The translations under genes were made by a program, and so were the position numbers. The notes beneath the pieces are model-generated. The model was given only the letters and a program-made list of their open reading frames with translations. It did no database searches and was not told the origin of the DNA. From the NCBI GenBank assembly GCA_963725865.1, contig CAVSAC010000012.1, positions 352,001-416,000 of the forward strand: DNA of 64,000 nt, read 5' to 3'. Within the stretch, counting starts at the first letter, position 1. Each line of letters starts with the position of its first letter. Origin of the DNA: Candidatus Eiseniibacteriota bacterium (GTDB taxonomy: Bacteria; Eisenbacteria; RBG-16-71-46). Positions 9,703-17,177 of the stretch are shown here, piece after piece.

Positions 9703-11441
9703 GCGTGGACGCACGACCCGGTCGACGGGCCCAGTACGCACCACTCCTGGCGGCGCTGTTCGCGATGGCCGTTCTCATTGGATATGTGCGCACAGGTCTC
9801 CTGCTCGACGATTCATTCCTGTTGGCGCGGGCCGCGCACGGCTTCGGCTTCGAGGTCCTCGACTTTGCTTTGCGCACCACCGACTACCGGATCCACCTGT
9901 GGGTCCACCAGGACCCTGTCGTGTTCCAGTTCTTCCGTCCGCTCTGCTCGCTCAGCCTGTGGATCGAGCACCAAATCTGGGGCACGAACGCCTGGGGTTA
10001 CCACCTCACGAACGTGATCCTGCACCTGGCCAATGCGTGGATGCTGTGGCGGCTGGCGATTCGGTGCGGGCTCCGTCGCGGCATCGCACTCCTGGGCGCG
10101 TTCGCGTGGGCCGTGAGTCTTCAGGCGATCCCGGCAGTCGGCTGGATCTCCGGACGGACCGAGGTCTTGTGGTGCTCGTGCGCGCTCATCGCGACGCACG
10201 CGCTGCTGAGATGGTATGACGGCGGTGGCTCCAGATGGTTCGGAGCGTCCCTCGTCGCCTCGGGCCTCGCCGCATGCGCGAAGGAGAGCGGGCTGGTCAC
10301 GCCGCTTCTGGGGCTTTTGGTGGTGTGGTGCTCGGGGCTGGGGCGACCGGAATCGCCCACACGAGCGCTCACCCCGCGCCGGGTCGCCTGGATCATCCTG
10401 CCGGCGTTGGTCGTGGTCGGAGTCCGCCTCGTTTCGATCGGGATCTCCTTGCCGCCCGAGCCCTACGTGGACGTGCCGCGCACTGCTCTCGACGCCCTGT
10501 GGACCACGGTGAAACCGGCGCTGTACCTGAGCGCAGCCTATCTATCGCTGCCGCTCTCGCACTGGGGGCCACTCGAGTGGATGCACACGCATCCCTGGTC
10601 GCTCGCGGTGATCCTGCCGGTGGGGATCCTGGCGACGGTCGTGCTCGCGCACGCAGCCGGTCGATCGTCCCTTCTGCTGTGGCTCGGCTGGTTCGCGATC
10701 GCCCTGCTGCCGGTGATGCCGGTGCGGCCGACCAGCCTGTACCTCTATGTCCCGATGATGGGCCTCACGATGCTGGTCGCCTCGGCCTTTCAGCGGAGTC
10801 GGCGGGTGGCGTTCGCGGCCTGGCTCGTCCTTGCCGCGACGGTCGGAGTCGGCGCCCACGTGTTCACGCAGCAATACATCGCAGGGGAGTGGCGCACTTC
10901 CATGGCGCAGCTCGAAGCGGTCGATCGCTGGCTCCGGGCTCGTTGCGCTACGCGGCTGGTCACGATCGACACTCCCGTCTGGCTCTACGCGCTGCCCGCC
11001 GCGATCGAAATGAAGTCGCCCACCCTGCGCTTCGACACCTGGTTCGTGAACTTCAAGCCCAGTCTCAATGCTGTAGAGGGGTCGTCCGTGCGATGGCGCA
11101 GCGACCTCGTGCTCGAGATCACGGCTCCGCCGGGAGGATTCCTCCACTCGGTTTTCGAGCGCTTCCTGGCGTTCGGGGGCGCGCCACCCGAGCGACCCAA
11201 TCCGGCCACCCATCCCGTGGAGGTTGCGATCGAGGGCCCGCGCACCCATCCCCAGCGGCTCGTCGTGACGTTCAAGGACGCATCGATTCGCGACTCGGCG
11301 CTGATCGTCCACTTCACCCGCGACGGGATCCGGCTGATCGAACCGGTCGCGTCACCCGCCTCCGGGCACCACGTTCCCGAGCCTGCCGGCGGACCGCAGG
11401 CAGGACCGTCCGCGGGCGGCAAGCAAGGAGCTGGCGCATGA
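9699..11441 (+). CDS. GT-C fold multi-pass glycosyltransferase (TMTC/ArnT-like)
   Basis: GTGA overlap; LLDD after TM1, FFRPL, YHLTNVILHLAN, AVGWISGRTE, AKESG; many TMs plus a soluble C-terminal domain. Confidence 0.7.
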   Translation: MSVDARPGRRAQYAPLLAALFAMAVLIGYVRTGLLLDDSFLLARAAHGFGFEVLDFALRTTDYRIHLWVHQDPVVFQFFRPLCSLSLWIEHQIWGTNAWGYHLTNVILHLANAWMLWRLAIRCGLRRGIALLGAFAWAVSLQAIPAVGWISGRTEVLWCSCALIATHALLRWYDGGGSRWFGASLVASGLAACAKESGLVTPLLGLLVVWCSGLGRPESPTRALTPRRVAWIILPALVVVGVRLVSIGISLPPEPYVDVPRTALDALWTTVKPALYLSAAYLSLPLSHWGPLEWMHTHPWSLAVILPVGILATVVLAHAAGRSSLLLWLGWFAIALLPVMPVRPTSLYLYVPMMGLTMLVASAFQRSRRVAFAAWLVLAATVGVGAHVFTQQYIAGEWRTSMAQLEAVDRWLRARCATRLVTIDTPVWLYALPAAIEMKSPTLRFDTWFVNFKPSLNAVEGSSVRWRSDLVLEITAPPGGFLHSVFERFLAFGGAPPERPNPATHPVEVAIEGPRTHPQRLVVTFKDASIRDSALIVHFTRDGIRLIEPVASPASGHHVPEPAGGPQAGPSAGGKQGAGA

Positions 11442-12562
11442 TCTACCTGCGGCGACGCTTCTCGCGCGTGGCGCCGATCGCGATGGCCATCGCCCTCGTC
11501 ACGGTCCTACTCGTGTGCGTGATCACGCCCACGAACACGTTCGACGCGACCGCTCGAGCCAACATCGCCGGGCTTCGCGCGTTCACGGTCATCGCCCCGG
11601 CCCGACAGGCGGAGCTCGGCCGCTCGTGGAGGGAGCGCCTGGAGCGCGACCCTTCGGTCGAGGCGCAGGTGCCCGTACGGGCGCTGTGGGTTCGCTACCC
11701 GATGGTCATCGGCGAGGCCTATTGCCCGCTCCTCCTCGCGGACGGGACGCGAGTCCGCGAGATCGCGGAGCGCGCGGGCCTGCGGCTCGTGGCCGGGCGC
11801 TACCCCGACGACGACCATCCGGGCGTCGTGCTGCACGAGGGCGTGGCGCGCGCGCGCAAGCTCGCGGTGGGGAGCCGCTTCGGCACCTGGGTGGATCCCG
11901 ACGACACGACGCCGGGCGTCTACGTCGTGCGGGGACTCCTGGGCGGCGATGCCCGGCTCGCGGTGGGAACTACCGGCACCGGCCCCTTCGAGGACTTCCT
12001 CTCGGCGCGCGCGCCCGGCTACACGCTGCTCTACCCGCGAGCGGGCGCCAAAGCCCGCATGGACGCGATGCTCCGCGAGGCGCGCGTGGATGGCGAGCCG
12101 GCATTCCAGGTCATCGACGAGGCGTACATGAACGAGCGCGCGCGGAAGGCACTCGCGAACGTGCCCATCCTCGTGAACTTCACCGCGCTGTCCACGTCGA
12201 TCGTCGTGGCGCTGATCGTCGCCCTGCTGGCACTGGTCGCCTTCCAGGCCAGGCAGGAGGAGTTCGCGCTGCGGCTCGCCATCGGACAGCGCCGGAGCCA
12301 GCTGCTGCTCGAGCTGGCGTTGGAATCCGGCGTGCTGGCCGTGGCGTCGTGGATGGTCGGACTCGCGGTGGGTTGGCTCGCGTTGTACGCGTACGACGTG
12401 TTCGTGTTCGAACCACGCGGGTTCCTCGTAAGGCTGTTCGACGCGCGCCCGCTGGTCGCCAGCGCGTTGCTGCCACTCGTGTCGGTGCTGGCCAGCGTCA
12501 CGGCGCTCGGTCTTCGGCTCTATCGCATGGATCCGGTCGCGATCCTCCAGAGGCACGAATGA
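11438..12562 (+). CDS. ABC transporter permease (FtsX/LolE-like)
   Basis: ATGA overlap; N-terminal TM, periplasmic domain, RQEEFALRLAIG..LALES, C-terminal RMDPVAIL. Confidence 0.8.
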   Translation: MIYLRRRFSRVAPIAMAIALVTVLLVCVITPTNTFDATARANIAGLRAFTVIAPARQAELGRSWRERLERDPSVEAQVPVRALWVRYPMVIGEAYCPLLLADGTRVREIAERAGLRLVAGRYPDDDHPGVVLHEGVARARKLAVGSRFGTWVDPDDTTPGVYVVRGLLGGDARLAVGTTGTGPFEDFLSARAPGYTLLYPRAGAKARMDAMLREARVDGEPAFQVIDEAYMNERARKALANVPILVNFTALSTSIVVALIVALLALVAFQARQEEFALRLAIGQRRSQLLLELALESGVLAVASWMVGLAVGWLALYAYDVFVFEPRGFLVRLFDARPLVASALLPLVSVLASVTALGLRLYRMDPVAILQRHE

Positions 12563-13230
12563 GCACGCCGCTTCTCGAGGCTCAGAACGTGTGGTTGGAG
12601 TACCGCGATGGGACCCGGGCCGCGAGGGTCCTGCGCGGAGTCTCGCTGGATCTCGCGGCCGGGCACTCGCTCGGTATCATGGGACCATCGGGCTCCGGGA
12701 AGTCATCGCTGCTGCTGGTGCTGGCGGGGCTCCGGGCGCCCACGCGCGGTAGCGTGCGGCTCGAGGGAGTCGAGTGGCCCTCGAACCCTGGAGCGAGCGC
12801 CGATCGGCGACGTCGCCAGGTGGGCTTCGTCTTCCAGGAGTCCTTCTTGGTACCGCACCTCACCTTGCGCGAGAACGCCCGGCTCCAGGCCGCGAGCCGG
12901 ACCGCGGTCGAGAGTATCACCGCACTCGCCGAGTCCCTGGGCATCCGAGCGCTGCTGGACGAGCTGCCCGGACGGCTGTCCGCGGGCGAGCGGCAGCGCG
13001 GCGGCATCCTGCGCGCGCTCGTGAACGATCCACTCCTGATACTCGCCGACGAGCCCACTTCGAGCCTCGATCACGATACAGGCCTCGAGGTGGTGGATCT
13101 GCTCTGGCGATGCACCGGAGGCGCGGCGCTCGTCGTCTGCTCGCACGATCCGAGCATGCTCGAGCGGGCGAATTGCGTACTTCAGCTGCGCGATGGAGCG
13201 CTGTTGGGCGACGCGCCCGCGGAGTCCTGA
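12559..13230 (+). CDS. ABC transporter ATP-binding protein (LolD/MacB-like)
   Basis: [37 protein letters not shown]. Confidence 0.9.
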   Translation: MSTPLLEAQNVWLEYRDGTRAARVLRGVSLDLAAGHSLGIMGPSGSGKSSLLLVLAGLRAPTRGSVRLEGVEWPSNPGASADRRRRQVGFVFQESFLVPHLTLRENARLQAASRTAVESITALAESLGIRALLDELPGRLSAGERQRGGILRALVNDPLLILADEPTSSLDHDTGLEVVDLLWRCTGGAALVVCSHDPSMLERANCVLQLRDGALLGDAPAES

Positions 13231-13667
13231 GGCGCTCGTCCGATCCACACGAGCATCGCGATCCACAGGATGACCAGAGGGACCCGGAGGATGGGAGGCG
13301 TGGGCAGCGGGCCGCGCACCATGAGGCCGTGCGTCGCGCCGAGCCAGTTCAAGGGCAGCTTGATCAACAGCAGCGTGACCAGGGAGCCAGCCCCTGCCGC
13401 TCGCCAGCGCCGCGTCAGCAGTGCGAGCCCCGCAAGAATCTGGATCGCACCAGCGATACAGACCAGAAGCCGGGGGTGGGGCACTCCCCGCGGAATGAAC
13501 CGGGCAAGGTCATCACCCATCGAGGTGAAGTGCGCCAGCCCGGTCAGGACGTACATCAGACCGATCGGCAGCACCACCGCGGCGCGCCAGGATCTCCACG
13601 GCCCGCCCATAGCTCCGATCGCACGCAGGAGCAGCGTGCCCAGCGCGACGCCGAGCAGGGGAATCAC
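13182..13667 (-). CDS. DoxX-family membrane protein
   Basis: GLAHFT..FIPRGVPHPRLLVCIAGAIQILAGLALL; GTGA overlap with the acyltransferase gene. Confidence 0.7.
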   Translation of the reverse strand: MIPLLGVALGTLLLRAIGAMGGPWRSWRAAVVLPIGLMYVLTGLAHFTSMGDDLARFIPRGVPHPRLLVCIAGAIQILAGLALLTRRWRAAGAGSLVTLLLIKLPLNWLGATHGLMVRGPLPTPPILRVPLVILWIAMLVWIGRAPQDSAGASPNSAPSRS

Positions 13668-14461
13668 GACGTACTCCGTTCGCGTTCGGCCCGGTCACCG
13701 CGCGCCGCGCGCGCGCTCGCGAGCTCGCGCTCGATCGCGGCCATCATGAGATCCGTGACTTCACGTGCCGCTGCCCGGCTCGGTGCGCGGCCGCGATACG
13801 CCGACAGGTCCAACTCCGGCCCGACGGACACGCCGACGCGTCGAAAGCAACGCAACCCGAAACGCTCGAAGCGAACCACGTCGTTCATGCCATCGATCGC
13901 CACCGGAACCACACGCGCGTCCGTGAGCAGGGCGATCCAGCCCGCGGCGGGCGAGGCTTCGCCGATCACGCCCGATCGGGATCGGCGGCCTTCCGGGAAG
14001 TAGATCGCCGTGCCTCCGGGAAGCACGCGGAGGATGCGGCGGAGCGCCGTTGGATCACGGTGATCCCGCCGGACCGGAAGACAGCGGAGATGGTCCGCGA
14101 ACCAGGTCGTGACGGGCGTTCGGAAATACACTTCTGCGGCCGCAAGGCTCCAGGGCAGGAACCGCGGCTCGAGCCAGCAACGGGGATGGCAGGCGGCGAG
14201 CGCGACGAGAAGCGTGTCCACGGTCGATTGGTGATTCGACACGAGGAGCACGTTGCCCGACGGGGGCGGCACCCGCCCGGCGCGGTGCACCTTGGTGCGG
14301 TTGAGCACGAAGAAGCACACCCACGCAATACCCGAAAGCAGCACGATGAGCGCATGGGACGTCACGGACCACGCCAGGCTCCGGGAAAGTGGGCGGTGTG
14401 AGCCGTCCGGAGGCTGGGTCGCCGAGCGTCGGGTGCGATGGGAAAAGGGCGGGAGCGTCAC
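13664..14461 (-). CDS. Lysophospholipid acyltransferase (PlsC/tafazzin-like)
   Basis: SNHQSTVD (HX4D), LPVRR, FPEGRRS, VVPVAIDG. Confidence 0.88.
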   Translation of the reverse strand: MTLPPFSHRTRRSATQPPDGSHRPLSRSLAWSVTSHALIVLLSGIAWVCFFVLNRTKVHRAGRVPPPSGNVLLVSNHQSTVDTLLVALAACHPRCWLEPRFLPWSLAAAEVYFRTPVTTWFADHLRCLPVRRDHRDPTALRRILRVLPGGTAIYFPEGRRSRSGVIGEASPAAGWIALLTDARVVPVAIDGMNDVVRFERFGLRCFRRVGVSVGPELDLSAYRGRAPSRAAAREVTDLMMAAIERELASARAARGDRAERERSTS

Positions 14462-14933
14462 GGGCGGGGAGGCGCGGAGGGAGTGTCTTCCGATGTTCGG
14501 GTGATCGACGTGGCGGCAGAAGCCAGCACGGCAAGCATAGACCTTAGGTCCCGCGAATGTCGGAGACGATCACGAAGCGAGGAAGCCTGCAACGGGCATG
14601 TCGAAATCGGGCGGAGCAACCCGCGCCCTTCGGCGGGCTTGGGTCCCCCTTGGGCGTGAAGCTCGGGCACGGTCGCCCGGGTGGGGCGACCTCCCGCGCC
14701 GATCGCCCGTTTGTGACGAACGCCTCGGCACCGCGTTCCTGAAGAAGACGAAGGGCCGCGAGCCGGACGCTGCGAGCCCACGGGACCCCGGGACCCGCCC
14801 CACCCGGAGCAGCACTATCTTCCCAAGGCGATGCGGCGTGGGATCTCTCCGAGCGCAGTTCGTGGCCGGGCTCTCGCTGCTCCACGCGGTGCCTGTTCTC
14901 GCTCAGTCATCGCCGGCGACCTCGCGCGAACAC

Positions 14934-15618
14934 CACGGCACTCGGCCACACGCTGACGCCGCCGGTGCCCGGGCTCACGCCGCTCACGGCCGACGATCCG
15001 CTGTGCGAGCACGCGCAGGGCGTCACGTGCGAGGCCGCCCTCACGCTGCGCACCGCCGAGGCGCGCCCGCTGGTGGTGAGCGGCTCGCTGCTGGTCACCC
15101 ACTTTGGCTACTCCGGGCCGGCCGCGCTCGACCTGTCGCGCCACTGGCTGCGCGCCGAGGAGCCGCGCATCGTGACCGCGAGCTTCATGCCGGGCAAGAC
15201 GCGCGAGTCGCTGCAGGCGTTCTGGAAGCGGATGGCGCGCGAGATGCCGCGCATGGGCGCGAAGCGCTTCCTGGCGCATCGCATCCCCGAGCGACTCGCC
15301 GAGCTGCTGTGCGAGGAGGTGGAGGTGGAGCCCGCCTATCCGGTGGCGCAGGTGGATCGCCTGCACCGCGACGCGCTGGTCGCGCGCGTGATCGCGCGGC
15401 CCATGCGCGTGACCGGCACGCTCGGCTACGAGAAGGCCGAGGTCACCGCGGGCGGCGTGCCCCTCGCCGAGGTCGACCCGTCGACGCTCGAGTCTCGGGT
15501 GGCGCGCGGACTCCATCTGTGCGGCGAGGTACTGGACGTGGAGGGGAGGCTGGGCGGGTTCAACTTCCAGCTCGCCTGGTCGTCGGGGACCGTCGCGGGT
15601 AGGGCAGTTGCTCATTAG
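14934..15618 (+). pseudogene. 5'-truncated second copy of the HI0933-family gene with a recoded 3' tail (repeat copy 2)
   Basis: 14934-15570 matches 3724-4360; the tail after TTCAACTTCCAG encodes [15 protein letters not shown] with different codons; no 5' half. Confidence 0.9.
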
Positions 15619-15751
15619 GGACCCGCTTCGTCCCGATACCCCCGAATAGCACCAACACCTCCGTCGCAGCTTTGCGGCGGTTCGCGAGCGCCGATTCCCG
15701 CCGGATACAGATCCGGACCACTGAGCCATCCGGACCGCGAGAACGACAGTT

Positions 15752-16267
15752 TCATGACCGTCCCGAACTCCCGCCCAGGGTGACGAGAAGCTCGTCCAGT
15801 TGCTCGAATGTCTCTCCCATCGCATCCGCCGCCCCGGTGCCGGCGGCGTCGAGAGCTTCCTTCGAGGGATATAGCTCGTGCATGACCAGCAACGTCGTGC
15901 CGCCTTTTTCCGCGAAGGTCACCGTGGTGACCTGACCCTCGTCACTCTCCTCATTGGTCCAGACGAGGCGCGAGTGCGGTGTTACTTCCTTGTATGTGCC
16001 GAAGAACGCCATCTGTGAGTCCCCGTGTGCGAACTCCAAACGGTACCTGCCCCCGACACGAGCATCCATTTCGCAGGAAAGCAGGGACATTCCCATCGAC
16101 TTCGGCACCCACCACTGCCTGAACAGCTCGGGCTTGGTCCATGCCTCGAACACGAGGCGCGCCGGGCCGTTGAAGGTTCGCGTGACGACGAGCTCACGCT
16201 CGGACTTCCGCTCCACCGTCGTACGGGTCTTCATGGGGGCAGCCTCACTCTCTCTTCTTGCGTCCAT
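15752..16267 (-). CDS. SRPBCC/AHSA1-family protein
   Basis: ELVVTRTFNGPARLVFEAWTKPELFRQWW..CEMDARVGGRYRL..FFGTYKEVTPHSRLVWT. Confidence 0.88.
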   Translation of the reverse strand: MDARRESEAAPMKTRTTVERKSERELVVTRTFNGPARLVFEAWTKPELFRQWWVPKSMGMSLLSCEMDARVGGRYRLEFAHGDSQMAFFGTYKEVTPHSRLVWTNEESDEGQVTTVTFAEKGGTTLLVMHELYPSKEALDAAGTGAADAMGETFEQLDELLVTLGGSSGRS

Positions 16268-16610
16268 CGACCTTCTCCTTCCGTTTCAGTTCCTCGACGA
16301 CCTTGTCCAATTCGTCGAAACGTGAGTCCCAGACCTGGTGGTACCTCTTGAGCCACGCCGTCTCTTCCTCGAATCGGCGCATGCCGAGCTTGCAGGTCCG
16401 CACACGACCGACCTTCTCCGTGGTGACGAGTCCGGCTCGCTCCAGAATGCCGACGTGCTTCTTCATGCCCGTGAGGGTCATGTCGAACGTTTCGGCAAGG
16501 TCCGTGATCGAAGCATCGGAACGCCCGAGCTGCTCCAGGACACCGCGTCGTGTGGCATCCGAGAGCGCGGCGAACGAGGCATCGAGGCGGGCCCGCGCAT
16601 ACTGAACCAT
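16245..16610 (-). CDS. ArsR/SmtB-family transcriptional regulator
   Basis: LDASFAALSDATRRGVLEQL..ITDLAETFDMTLTGMKKHVGILERAGLV..KVGRVRTC. Confidence 0.9.
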   Translation of the reverse strand: MVQYARARLDASFAALSDATRRGVLEQLGRSDASITDLAETFDMTLTGMKKHVGILERAGLVTTEKVGRVRTCKLGMRRFEEETAWLKRYHQVWDSRFDELDKVVEELKRKEKVDGRKKRE

Positions 16611-16620
16611 GCGGTTCAGT
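16601..16620. promoter_or_regulatory. Probable ArsR autoregulatory operator
   Basis: Perfect inverted repeat ACTGAACC-ATGC-GGTTCAGT overlapping the arsR start codon. Confidence 0.7.
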
Positions 16621-16923
16621 GTGGCACACGGACCGACAGTATGCAAGGGGGCGGCGGGCGTTAGCTTCTGACGGGCATTGGTGCCTCGGCCGGGAGCGCG
16701 CGAACTCGCGCAATGACTCGAGTTCGGCGAGACACAAGCTCGTTTCGGACTTCTCGAGGAGGGCAGGCTGCCGGTCGCCGCGCACTGTGTCAGAACTGTG
16801 CGAGAACCATCGGCGAACACCGGCCATCATCGGTCCTGATCGGTAACATGCCCCTTGGCCATGTTCGCCAATCCCAACACCTAGTGCCCGATCGCGACCC
16901 ATGGTCTCGCTGTTGAGCCAGCA

Positions 16924-17160
16924 TTCAACTTCCAGTGGAGTTGGTCGAGCGGGACGGTCGCCGGGAGAGCGGCGGCGGCGCGCTGAAGGCGGGGGCACCG
17001 CCGGTGAAGTACGCCCAGCCGAGATGCCATGGCAGCCACGCAGGGACCATCGCGACGGTCCGCTCGACAAAGGTGAAGTGGGCGATGCCGAATGGGACCA
17101 AGCCCAGGCCGAAGAGCACTCTGGCGATCGCCATACCCCGCTCGCCGGTGACGAGGCCCG
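16924..17160. repeat. Third copy of the HI0933 gene 3' end fused to an internal fragment of the DoxX-like gene
   Basis: 16924-17000 matches 4349-4425 and 16993-17160 matches 4711-4878; the two are joined at GGGCACCG. Confidence 0.9.
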
Positions 17161-17177
17161 CAACCTGCGAGGCTCGC

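Larger units (their letters stand above)
15559..16935. mobile_element. Putative integrase-less integrated cassette (ArsR + SRPBCC) bounded by 12-bp TTCAACTTCCAG direct repeats
   Basis: Core at 15559-15570 and 16924-16935; the left junction restores the host gene end with recoded codons and the right junction is followed by the displaced original 3' end. Confidence 0.65.

Noticed and set aside
6437..14461. Hopanoid or sphingolipid biosynthesis cluster
   Set aside because: The SDR and GT2 resemble HpnA/HpnI, but no squalene-hopene cyclase, radical SAM enzyme or serine palmitoyltransferase is present in the window
14462..14933. Possible ncRNA or IS remnant in the intergenic gap left of repeat copy 2
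   Set aside because: No recognisable RNA family, terminal inverted repeats or transposase-like translation
14934..15570. Template/variable repeat pair of a diversity-generating retroelement
   Set aside because: The substitutions are not adenine-specific, the repeat is long, and there is no reverse transcriptase in the window
5411..17177. CGAGGCTCGC 10-mer just after the stops of two minus-strand genes (5411 and 17168)
   Set aside because: Short GC-rich word also seen at about 2340; not distinguishable from chance
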